Notes under the pieces: generated by a model | The model's database searches: none | Told to the model about the DNA's origin: nothing | The model's input: the letters and a program-made list of their open reading frames with translations, nothing else | Part shown: positions 1-8,264 of the stretch, one piece after another | Layout of the letters: each line of letters opens with the position of its first letter | How positions within the stretch are numbered: position 1 is the first letter of the stretch | Program-made: the position numbers and the translations under genes | Origin: a virus | Taxonomy: Duplodnaviria > Caudoviricetes | IMG/VR virus record: IMGVR_UViG_3300002220_000003 | Span: 20,137-84,136 of that record | Length of the DNA: 64,000 nucleotides | Reading direction: 5' to 3' (one strand)

Positions 1-964
1 TCCGCCCCGATCCATACATAACTTTACGCGTCTTCTCAAGTATTTTAAGAAGAAACAATGGATTGATGGAAAATCTTATCGGCTCTTTCAATTTGATACC
101 AGCCTCAAACATCAATTCCAACCATGCAATATTATTTTCCCCCCGGCAGACAATAGATCCTTCTGCAATTTCGATTTCAATAAGTTTCTCGGCATCGGTC
201 TCTCCCTGTGCAACCGTTAAGGTCGCCTCCGCAGCCGCCTTTAACTCTTCAGGCAGCTCAAATTTGACTCCTTCAAAATCAAAATAGACATCTGTTTCCG
301 GATACTCCATACCTGCCAACAATTGAGCACAAAACAGGGTTTCATCTTTGGCTTCAAAAAACGACCATCCATCAACGATGCAAAATCTGACTATCTCGTA
401 ATTAAGAAGCTCCTGAACGATAGTGGCCGGGATGAGAAATGATTCCCCGATATCATCTTTGAAAATATATTGGCTGATCCTCAAATTATCACTCGAGATC
501 ACTGCATCATGATCGACATACAGGCCAGTCAACCGGGGATTGCTCATATCTTTGGACGCAGAGAAAACACATAATTCTAATCCCTGCATGAAATCATCTG
601 TAATCGATCTCCACTTTTTCTTTTTTGAAAGAAGAAGGCTGATCTCCTTCGTCAAATCTTCGCCTGTCTGCGTTAATATACCTCCCCGGGTTTTGCCTGC
701 CCGGATGACCATCTTATCATTTTTTAGGGAAATATCCATCTCACCGTCAGGGATTTTATCAAGGATTTTATAAAATTGTTCCGCCGGAATCGAGCAGGCA
801 AAGTCCGTAGGAAATTTATGGACAATGCAAATATGATCATTGAAAGTACAAATCTCATCTCCGGTAAAAATGAAATGGGTTTGCTGCTCGACAATCGCTT
901 TTTTTGCAAGGCCCGGCCTCACCATCTTCAATGCACTAATCATTTTTTCTTTTTCTATTTTCAC
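1..964 (-). CDS. dnaN: DNA polymerase III beta-clamp-like protein (partial, runs off window edge; not in ORF track)
   Basis: Manual translation from GTG at 964 (SD AAGGAGG upstream): MKIEKEKMISALKMVRPGLAKKAIVEQQTHFIFTGDEICTFND...SKDMSNPRLTGLYVD...VISSDNLRIS...FSINPLFLLKIL; open to position 1; motifs resemble DnaN. Confidence 0.75.
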   Translation of the reverse strand, partial: MKIEKEKMISALKMVRPGLAKKAIVEQQTHFIFTGDEICTFNDHICIVHKFPTDFACSIPAEQFYKILDKIPDGEMDISLKNDKMVIRAGKTRGGILTQTGEDLTKEISLLLSKKKKWRSITDDFMQGLELCVFSASKDMSNPRLTGLYVDHDAVISSDNLRISQYIFKDDIGESFLIPATIVQELLNYEIVRFCIVDGWSFFEAKDETLFCAQLLAGMEYPETDVYFDFEGVKFELPEELKAAAEATLTVAQGETDAEKLIEIEIAEGSIVCRGENNIAWLELMFEAGIKLKEPIRFSINPLFLLKILEKTRKVMYGSGR

Positions 965-1127
965 TTTTTCCTCCTTTATAAAATCCATCTCTTACATAAT
1001 TCTCAACAAAATCCCGGGTAGCATCTCTGAGAAAATAATATGACATCAATCTTCGAGAAGCCTTTACTTTAGTTAAAGTTACCCCTTGATCGCCCTCCAA
1101 CCACGTAGCAAAATATATACGCATCAT
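936..1127 (-). CDS. Small protein resembling the N-terminal segment of the adjacent TGT-like protein
   Basis: MRIYFATW...RRLMSYYFL versus MEIYFAG...DRLFSFVFI; ATGA overlap with upstream gene. Confidence 0.6.
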   Translation of the reverse strand: MMRIYFATWLEGDQGVTLTKVKASRRLMSYYFLRDATRDFVENYVRDGFYKGGKSENRKRKND

Positions 1128-2233
1128 CCCTCCTGCAACAAACCAAATCCTTTAACTCCCCTGCGGGTATAGGGCCACGGCCACGGCGGCAAACTCTTTT
1201 CCAAATCGCAGAAAAAAATTATATTCATCTCGTCCCGCTGTTTATAATCATTAAACACACCGGGCTCAATAATGATCTCGACATAAGGTTCACCTTTTTC
1301 ATTTTTACCATGGATAAGATATTCCCCCGGGACATACTCGCCTGCATCTACAACATCTTGTCTGAGTAATTGGGCATCTTCAACATTATACCATCTCTCA
1401 TTCTCCTTGAGCTTATATCCCTTCTCAACAACCTTGAATTCCGATTTACCCATTTTAAAACCCTTGCTCTCGATATAATTCAAAATCATTCTCTGTTGGC
1501 TTGCACTCAAAGTAGAAAAATGCTGCCCTTCGACTTTCTTACCCGGCGACTGGGAAGATACGGTAATTTTCCAAGTATTTTCATCATAAACCCATTTGCC
1601 ATTTTTATAAACAGGAACATAAATCGATCCAAATCTTCCCGTCAAAACCCAACTCGTTGAATCAGCGGAATACCACGGATATTTAACCATAATCTCCAAT
1701 GATGTGATAGCAAATCCATGAACCTTAACTTTTGGCAGCCTGTCAGGAGTATCACAGATAATATCCCAACAATCGTTCATCCATTGCTTGAGATGAGAAC
1801 GATCTTTATCTTTTGCTACACCCCCGAGTGCAAGATAATCATAATTCTTAATGTAATAGTGCAGGTATTTCCAATCTTCCCCCCGATGAAAACAAGGCAA
1901 AGGTGTCAGTCCTGCGTCTTCCATTATCTGTTGATTTTTAAGGGTCTGTTCTGCATCACCAATAACATCAAGGTTAGAATATATCGTAATGTCCTCTTTA
2001 TGATTATTGATAAAATCAATGTAGTCATAAATATCGATCTTCGCCCCCTTGCTCATTGCAGAGTATGCACCACTGTCCAAAAAGAGAGAAAGTTTTTTCA
2101 TCGTTTTCCTCCTATACTCAAGTTCTCTTGTATTTTTATTAATAAACACAAATGAAAAAAGCCTATCAAATTCAGACAAGATTTTAATCGTCTGCAATTT
2201 AGGATTATTGTTCCCGGCAAAATAAATCTCCAT
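1124..2233 (-). CDS. TGT/DpdA-like base-exchange transglycosylase (aGPT-Pplase2-like TIM barrel)
   Basis: TGT-equivalent motifs LFLDSGAYS, NLDVIGD, LALGG, KVHGFAIT, YSADSTSW; adjacent to preQ0 synthesis genes. Confidence 0.8.
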   Translation of the reverse strand: MEIYFAGNNNPKLQTIKILSEFDRLFSFVFINKNTRELEYRRKTMKKLSLFLDSGAYSAMSKGAKIDIYDYIDFINNHKEDITIYSNLDVIGDAEQTLKNQQIMEDAGLTPLPCFHRGEDWKYLHYYIKNYDYLALGGVAKDKDRSHLKQWMNDCWDIICDTPDRLPKVKVHGFAITSLEIMVKYPWYSADSTSWVLTGRFGSIYVPVYKNGKWVYDENTWKITVSSQSPGKKVEGQHFSTLSASQQRMILNYIESKGFKMGKSEFKVVEKGYKLKENERWYNVEDAQLLRQDVVDAGEYVPGEYLIHGKNEKGEPYVEIIIEPGVFNDYKQRDEMNIIFFCDLEKSLPPWPWPYTRRGVKGFGLLQEG

Positions 2234-2238
2234 CCTTT

Positions 2239-2269
2239 ATTATATCATGATTTTTTTTAACCCAGTCAA
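2239..2269 (-). promoter_or_regulatory. sigma70-type promoter directly upstream of TGT-like gene
   Basis: TTGACT (2269-2264), 19 nt, TGnTATAAT (-10 at 2244-2239); ATG at 2233. Confidence 0.55.
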
Positions 2270-2387
2270 ATATTATATCTTCCCGGCATTCTTGTCTGTC
2301 GATCTCATAAAAATCGACCTTAAAAGAAATAGTCCCCGGATAATTTTTCTACCTCTGGAATAGTGTGTCGAATAGTAAAATATGTTA

Positions 2388-2876
2388 TCATTTCTTTTTT
2401 GGCCAGATAAGAGGCAAAACCAACAATCCTGATGCATATTTAATCACCGCCTGTCCCCAAATTGCCGGCCACACCCAGCCAAATGCAAGGGTCACAAAAA
2501 CTATCGAATCCAATGGACATGAAAATATATTCGAAATATAAATCCTCTTATGAAATGGAAGCCCTGATACCTTAAAAACAAACCAATCCACGGATTCCGA
2601 AATAACAAATGCGGCAAAAGATGCAAGGGCCAAATGAAGATTAAAACAAACCGTAATCACCGATGCCAAACCCATCCATATCCATGTTTGCCAATCGCCC
2701 CAAAACCTCTGAACAAAATCGCGAAACGAAAAGGTCAAACCAATAAAAACTACCCCGGCGGGAAAGGTCAGCCCGGCAACCTTTATAATCCCCAGCCAAT
2801 TAACAAAAATATTGCCGAGCAGTATGCTTGCCAGATAAAGAAACCCCCAATACCATTTATTCATTTTTACCTCCAA
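2388..2876 (-). CDS. VUT/Vut_1-family (YhhQ-like) queuosine-precursor transporter
   Basis: Multi-TM protein with ASILLGNIFVN, PAGVVFIGLTFSFRDFVQR, LDSIVFVTLAFG; Que-cluster context. Confidence 0.8.
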   Translation of the reverse strand: MEVKMNKWYWGFLYLASILLGNIFVNWLGIIKVAGLTFPAGVVFIGLTFSFRDFVQRFWGDWQTWIWMGLASVITVCFNLHLALASFAAFVISESVDWFVFKVSGLPFHKRIYISNIFSCPLDSIVFVTLAFGWVWPAIWGQAVIKYASGLLVLPLIWPKKK

Positions 2877-2890
2877 TCATTTATTATCAT

Positions 2891-3835
2891 TTATCCCCTG
2901 TCTATCCTTGCAAGAAATTCCATCTTGCAATTATTTCTATTCTCGGCGAAATATCCCCTGACGGCAATAGCCTCATATGGGGAATTCCATTTTTTGACAC
3001 CCCTCATTTCTTTGCAAAGATGCCGGGCCTTCATGATCAAGATCAATCCTTTTGGATTGAGCTCTTTTTCAAGATCCCTGACAACCTCATCAACGAGCCT
3101 CTCGGCGATCTGCAACTTGCCGGCATAATAATCAATGATACGAGATATCTTTGACGCACCCAAAATCCACTTATCTGGAATATATCCAAAATAATATTGA
3201 CCAAAAAATGGAATAATATGATGCTCGCAAAATGAAAAGAAATACCCTTCGTCCCGGAGCATCTCATCATATTGCACCCCATCCTGACCATTCGGCACTA
3301 CTGTCATCTTTGGCCGGCGAGTAGGATCATAACCCTGAAAAAACTCCTCATACATCCTTATCACCCTACCGGGAGTTTCTACAAGGCCGGGTCTCATCGG
3401 ATCATCCCCAATAAACTCAATAAGCCTTGTAATAATGTCTGTGCCGGCGATCTCCTGCATTTCCCACGGATAAATGATCCATTGATCATCAATAATATTT
3501 GCGGATAATGTTAAACGATGTGATAAAGATGCAGATTTAATATCATCCTGCAATCTTCTGGAGTGCAGACAAATGAAATCATGATGAGGAAACTTAAACC
3601 GGGTTTTTCCCGAATCAACGACATCATCACAAACCAGAACAAAATCCTGATTTGCCAAGGTCTGATCAAGATCAAATATGGGTAAATCCAACCTCTCCGA
3701 CAAAGCAACCGCAAGGGATACCCCTCCACGCGGAATCCCATAAACCCCAATATACTTACCACGATCAATTTTCTTAATCAAAGTATCAACATCTGAACGA
3801 AAATTATCCCATGAATAAATCAACTTCTCTCCCAT
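2891..3835 (-). CDS. folE: Fusion: type I phosphoribosyltransferase + GTP cyclohydrolase I
   Basis: N-half YGIPRGG, VLVCDDVVDSGKT, WIIYPWE; C-half RPGLVETPGRV, FSFCEHHIIPFFG, SKISR, LQIAERL, ARHLCKEMRGV. Confidence 0.9.
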   Translation of the reverse strand: MGEKLIYSWDNFRSDVDTLIKKIDRGKYIGVYGIPRGGVSLAVALSERLDLPIFDLDQTLANQDFVLVCDDVVDSGKTRFKFPHHDFICLHSRRLQDDIKSASLSHRLTLSANIIDDQWIIYPWEMQEIAGTDIITRLIEFIGDDPMRPGLVETPGRVIRMYEEFFQGYDPTRRPKMTVVPNGQDGVQYDEMLRDEGYFFSFCEHHIIPFFGQYYFGYIPDKWILGASKISRIIDYYAGKLQIAERLVDEVVRDLEKELNPKGLILIMKARHLCKEMRGVKKWNSPYEAIAVRGYFAENRNNCKMEFLARIDRG

Positions 3836-3837
3836 CT

Positions 3838-4512
3838 CTACCTCCCAATAGATAATAAAGGATCAACAATTCCATACTCGGCAAAACCTTTTGCCCTGAG
3901 TTTGCACGCAGGACATTCACCACATGGCGGCCGCTTCCCATTATAACAAGTATGGGTATAGGCATACCAATCCAGATTACCGGTCATCTCCATACAAGCA
4001 ATTATTTCTGCCTTCGACAGATTCATCAAAGGGGTATGGATCGTCATATCAGGCGCAGACAATCCTTTTTGCAATGTCTCCTGAAGCGACCTTATCGTTG
4101 AGTATCGGCAATCAGGATATCCGGAATAATCGGTCTGACAAACTCCCGTAAAAATATCCCGGATTCCCAAAGTATATGCAAGGGCGGCGGCGAAAGTAAT
4201 AAAAACAATATTTCTCCCGGGAACAAACGACGAAGGCAAGGATCGATCATTGGGATGTTCGGCATTAATGTCCGTATCTTGATTTAAAAGATTGCTCTTG
4301 ATTAATGAGGAAAAACTATTAATCGGAACGACATGATGAATAGCACCTGCAAGAAAGGATAATTTCTCCGCACACTCAAGTTCTATTCGATGTCGCTGTC
4401 CATAGTCAAATGAGATCGTATGAATTGGTTGCCACGCATCACTGCTTTTAATAATCGATAAACAAGTAGCCGAATCCTGACCGCCAGACAATACAACAAC
4501 CACTCCCTTCAT
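3838..4512 (-). CDS. queC: 7-cyano-7-deazaguanine synthase
   Basis: VVLSGGQDSATCL, FDYGQRH, FVPGRN, YPDCR, THTCY...CGECPACKLR. Confidence 0.97.
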   Translation of the reverse strand: MKGVVVVLSGGQDSATCLSIIKSSDAWQPIHTISFDYGQRHRIELECAEKLSFLAGAIHHVVPINSFSSLIKSNLLNQDTDINAEHPNDRSLPSSFVPGRNIVFITFAAALAYTLGIRDIFTGVCQTDYSGYPDCRYSTIRSLQETLQKGLSAPDMTIHTPLMNLSKAEIIACMEMTGNLDWYAYTHTCYNGKRPPCGECPACKLRAKGFAEYGIVDPLLSIGR

Positions 4513-4550
4513 CGTTCCTCCTTATCAAAATTTTATTGAGATCATCTTAT

Positions 4551-4580
4551 ATTATATCCTAAAAATAAAAAGGCGATCAA
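4551..4580 (-). promoter_or_regulatory. Possible promoter for queC, overlapping terminator
   Basis: TTGATC, 18 nt, TATAAT (4556-4551). Confidence 0.4.
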
Positions 4581-4598
4581 AAAATCTGATCGCCTTTT
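4568..4598 (-). terminator. Intrinsic terminator hairpin
   Basis: 12-bp inverted repeat aaaaggcgatca / tgatcgcctttt just after stop at 4615. Confidence 0.75.
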
Positions 4599-4614
4599 CC
4601 ATGAGGAAGGATCG

Positions 4615-5238
4615 TTACTTTGTCTTCAGGGCCAATGTCCCTTTTTCATCGTCACGGACAAACTTGATCTTGCGCTCTTTTTCCATCCGCGAAGGATTGC
4701 CGCCGAGCTGCACCGCAACCGTTTTCTTCATTTTGTCCTCTTCGCGATCGGGGAACAATTTGACGAGCTTTGCAAGGATCTTGTCCTTTGTGACCGGGCC
4801 ATCTTTGGTGATAATATCGAGAATGCTTGAGATCACACCAGGACCTTTTTCTTTCTTGTCCTTCGGAGCCTTCGGGGCTTTAGGGGCCTTGTCCTTCGGA
4901 GCCTTCGGGGCTTTATCGGCCTTATCGGCAGCCTTTTTGTCCTTGCCCTTGTCGGCGACGGCCTTTTCTTCCTGATCGATGATATCGTTGTACAAAGTCA
5001 GAGCGGCTTTAGGGCCGGGAAATTTCCCGTCAACATCTTCGATCTTGCCCATTGCAGCCATGAAGCTCTTCAAAATCGTCTCTTTGTCAACACCAACCAA
5101 CTTGATCTTCTCGCCGAGCAACCCTGATTCGTTCAGGGCCACAACCGCTTCCCTTAAATCTTTGAATTTTACATCTACCGCTTTTTCCATAATGATGCCT
5201 CCCTTTGATTTGATTTTATTTTGTTTCTCCTGCCTCAT
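4615..5238 (-). CDS. Lys/Ala/Pro-rich basic protein (histone H1-like repeats)
   Basis: KAPKAPKDK repeats; alternative internal start MEKAV with GGAGG SD. Confidence 0.65.
   Translation of the reverse strand: MRQEKQNKIKSKGGIIMEKAVDVKFKDLREAVVALNESGLLGEKIKLVGVDKETILKSFMAAMGKIEDVDGKFPGPKAALTLYNDIIDQEEKAVADKGKDKKAADKADKAPKAPKDKAPKAPKAPKDKKEKGPGVISSILDIITKDGPVTKDKILAKLVKLFPDREEDKMKKTVAVQLGGNPSRMEKERKIKFVRDDEKGTLALKTK
4855..4915. repeat. 28-nt direct repeat x2 (33-nt period) encoding KAPKAPKDK
   Basis: cttgtccttcggagccttcggggcttta at 4855-4882 and 4888-4915. Confidence 0.9.
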
Positions 5239-5244
5239 GTTATA

Positions 5245-5305
5245 ATTATATCATGTTTTAAGGGAATGTCAACACTTTTTTTCACTTTTTTTAAACTTTT
5301 TTTTA
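5245..5305 (-). promoter_or_regulatory. Consensus sigma70 promoter with phased A-tract UP region (copy 1 of conserved 38-mer)
   Basis: TTGACA (5272-5267), 16 nt, TGnTATAAT (5250-5245); A-tracts at about 10-nt spacing upstream. Confidence 0.8.
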
Positions 5306-5333
5306 TGTGTCATAACTCCCTACAATCATTAAA

Positions 5334-6020
5334 CTATTTAGGTTCATCAAAATTAACAACCTTATGCAGCTGAATGTTTAAAACCATTTTGGGGCTTGAA
5401 AACTCCATCATCCATCTCAATAAATCGGCCGCAAAATGACACTTTTTATCAGCATCAAACACGGGAGAAAAGGCGAAAAGGGCCAAACAACCCAGCCCTT
5501 CTAAAATACCCATTATCTTAACCGCCCTGTCAAAATCGGCCCGATCTGCAATAACAAACTTAACAAAATCACTCGGCAAAAGATTGTAAAAAACTTCAGG
5601 ATCCATCATTGCGCCCTGCCCTGACGACGGCAATTTATAATCAACAATGAATTTTGTCCCCGGCCACCTTGATCTTGCAGGCTTGAATTTTATCGATCCA
5701 TTTGTCTCGATTGTTATCTGTCGATGCAGATTACTCAGCCTGCTACATAATCTCCATACCAAATCTTGCTGAAGAAAAGGTTCGCCGCCTGTGATTGTAA
5801 CTTTGCCGATTCCCCGATAAGAAACAATAGTATCAATTATCGAATCAATCGACATATCTTTGCCATCGTTTAATCCTGCGGCATACTGGGTATCGCAATA
5901 TTTACATTGAAGATTGCATCCGGCCAGCCGGACAAAAACAGTTAATCGTCCTTGATAAAAATGATTAACCTCTCCATCGATACTCGGAAAAATACTATAC
6001 ACTCTCAAATATTTTTTCAT
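5334..6020 (-). CDS. queE: 7-carboxy-7-deazaguanine synthase (radical SAM)
   Basis: SIDGE, VFVRLAGCNLQCKYCDT, VTITGGEP, IETNGS, QLHK. Confidence 0.95.
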   Translation of the reverse strand: MKKYLRVYSIFPSIDGEVNHFYQGRLTVFVRLAGCNLQCKYCDTQYAAGLNDGKDMSIDSIIDTIVSYRGIGKVTITGGEPFLQQDLVWRLCSRLSNLHRQITIETNGSIKFKPARSRWPGTKFIVDYKLPSSGQGAMMDPEVFYNLLPSDFVKFVIADRADFDRAVKIMGILEGLGCLALFAFSPVFDADKKCHFAADLLRWMMEFSSPKMVLNIQLHKVVNFDEPK

Positions 6021-6050
6021 TTCTCCTTCTCCCCTCTCTTCTATTTTTTG

Positions 6051-6242
6051 TTATTCTTTTTTTACCTCTCTCCATACAATAGGGATTTCCTGCGGCTCTA
6101 CTACCAATATCTTCTCCCAAATAGAAACCTCTATATTTAGATGTTTGCATATCCTTTCAGCTTCCATCTTTGCATCCGAAATATTTTCATATGCACGTCT
6201 CTCTATTCCCCCTTGTTGATAAGATATAAGATATTCCTTCAT
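6051..6242 (-). CDS. Hypothetical protein
   Basis: 63-aa ORF in operon position with SD. Confidence 0.6.
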   Translation of the reverse strand: MKEYLISYQQGGIERRAYENISDAKMEAERICKHLNIEVSIWEKILVVEPQEIPIVWREVKKE

Positions 6243-6623
6243 CTACCCCTCCCTTTCAAAAATGGCGCAGGCCCCTTCCGTCTCCCATACCTTAACCCTA
6301 AAAAGATGTGTTCGCATCAATTCAGATTTCGACATTAAAACATCAAAAATCCACTCGACCATATTCTCGGCGGTCGGATTCTCAAGCCCGGGAATGCCAT
6401 TGAGAAGTTTATGATCAAGCTCATCAATGATGAACATATTTACCAGTTGTTTTAGCTTGCCAAAATCAAGTATCATGCCTTGAGCAGGTCCCCGATCTTG
6501 CTTCTTGCCAATTAATGTAATCTCAATTTTATACGCATGTCCATGAAGATGCTTGCATTTACCTTCATGATTAGGTAAAAAATGAGCAGCCTCCAAAGTA
6601 AACATCTTGCTGATCGTCAACAT
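6243..6623 (-). CDS. queD: 6-carboxy-5,6,7,8-tetrahydropterin synthase
   Basis: AAHFLP, KCKHLHGH, LDHKLLN, PTAEN, VKVWET. Confidence 0.96.
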   Translation of the reverse strand: MLTISKMFTLEAAHFLPNHEGKCKHLHGHAYKIEITLIGKKQDRGPAQGMILDFGKLKQLVNMFIIDELDHKLLNGIPGLENPTAENMVEWIFDVLMSKSELMRTHLFRVKVWETEGACAIFEREG

Positions 6624-6632
6624 ATTCTCCTC

Positions 6633-8225
6633 CTATTTTTTCTTTTTTATTTTTGTCCTTCCATAAAATCGCTTGTATGTTTTCGGACAATATTCTGCGT
6701 CAAGATACGGTTGACCAATAGCTAATGATTGTAAAATCATTACCTTGTTAAGAAGATTAAAATCGTCATGACGATAAGCCATAATATTAACCCTCATCAC
6801 ACCAGCCAACTTTTCTCTTCTTGTCTGATTGAGGCCCATATACAAATCAACATGAGCCATCTTTCGAATATCCTCCGAAGTATCCTCTTCATCAAGATTT
6901 TCTTTCATAAATGATGCTCTGCCAGACTGGCTAACCGTCGCAACAAGACAATGTTTTTGTTTTGCTAATCTCTTACCTTTTTTCCATCGTGCATCAATTT
7001 GCCCTCTTTGATCCAATGATCCGGGCTCATCTCCCATAATATCAAAATAATCAACAATCACAACATCGGCAACAAATCCCTCCTGATATTCAAGCCCCTC
7101 AATATCTGATATGATTTGATCAAAGTTTGCACCAAAAGGAGGATAAGAAATAACACGCAGATTATCTTGAAACATACGGTGATAGGAATCTATTTTATCA
7201 AGAACCAATTCCGGAGTTAATTTCTTTGCCTGATGAATATCATACCAAACGGCAGGAATATAATCAGGCCGGCGCAATCGTCGACAATAAGTACAAGGTA
7301 AATACTTATCTATCATCAATGGATCATACGATGCAATATATACATCTTCATTATCATCATCTTCGAATCTGAGTTTGGTTTGATTAATCCTTTCTGGTAA
7401 AATACAATCTCCGGTCTGATTACTCAGACAATCAAAAACAGGAATAATAATTGGACCTTCTTTTTTAGCACCGGCCGTCAGACGAGAAAAAATTCTTTTT
7501 CTCAATTCCCTATCTGACATTTCAAGGGAGATATAACTAACCTTAAATCCATTTGTTAATGCCTCAAAACAAATATCTTCCTGTATCCGATAACTCTTGC
7601 CCCTTTTTGCAGGCCCCATATTTGCAACCAGCCAGCCTCGCTTCAAAGGATCCCCCACCAATTCACCAAGAAGCCCGGGAAGTTTGAATAAATTGTCCGC
7701 CTCATCCTCTTCAAATGCTTTATATACCCCTTTGGGGTCAAGAGGATTAATCCATTTGCTTGTTGTTGATAAGACATGACCAAAATTTTGAACCAATTCT
7801 GTTGCTTTGTCTTCCCGTCCCTTAGAAATAAAATCGTCAACCTGATCGACCAACATCAATAAATTTTTTGATTGACAAAATTTCTTTGTCCTATCAACCA
7901 AATATTGAGTATTAAATGTTGAAGGATCAACATCGGTATACCTCTCAGAGATATCATTCAATAACACTTCTATTAAATCAGATTCCTCTTGTTTTAGTTT
8001 TACTTTTTCTTCATCAAAAATCCCGGCAATATCTCTAAATGGGGCGATCTGATAATTGTTGTAATATTTGATTATCCACGATACTACCCGGCGAAGATAT
8101 CCAGAGGTAAAATGCTCCGCCTTGAGCATTCTCGCAAGAACCTCTTTTCCAAATCGAGTATCAATAATCAAACCTATTACAATATCTTTTTCGACATCAT
8201 TGGACATGTTCATTCTCTGATACAT
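6633..8225 (-). CDS. dnaB: Replicative DnaB-like (SF4) helicase with Cys-rich insertion
   Basis: Walker A GPAKRGKS, YISLEM, VIVDY, ATVSQ; next to initiator and primase. Confidence 0.88.
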   Translation of the reverse strand: MYQRMNMSNDVEKDIVIGLIIDTRFGKEVLARMLKAEHFTSGYLRRVVSWIIKYYNNYQIAPFRDIAGIFDEEKVKLKQEESDLIEVLLNDISERYTDVDPSTFNTQYLVDRTKKFCQSKNLLMLVDQVDDFISKGREDKATELVQNFGHVLSTTSKWINPLDPKGVYKAFEEDEADNLFKLPGLLGELVGDPLKRGWLVANMGPAKRGKSYRIQEDICFEALTNGFKVSYISLEMSDRELRKRIFSRLTAGAKKEGPIIIPVFDCLSNQTGDCILPERINQTKLRFEDDDNEDVYIASYDPLMIDKYLPCTYCRRLRRPDYIPAVWYDIHQAKKLTPELVLDKIDSYHRMFQDNLRVISYPPFGANFDQIISDIEGLEYQEGFVADVVIVDYFDIMGDEPGSLDQRGQIDARWKKGKRLAKQKHCLVATVSQSGRASFMKENLDEEDTSEDIRKMAHVDLYMGLNQTRREKLAGVMRVNIMAYRHDDFNLLNKVMILQSLAIGQPYLDAEYCPKTYKRFYGRTKIKKKK

Positions 8226-8264
8226 TCTTCCCCCTGACCTACCTTATCAAAAGATTATATCCTA

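Noticed and set aside
4513-4600. preQ1 riboswitch upstream of que genes
   Set aside because: No preQ1-I consensus found here or upstream of queD, queE or the transporter
4855-4915. CRISPR-like repeat
   Set aside because: Only two copies with a 5-nt gap, in frame within a coding low-complexity region
7240-7450. Intein in DnaB
   Set aside because: No Cys/Ser start with His-Asn end and no LAGLIDADG motifs; too short and Cys-rich
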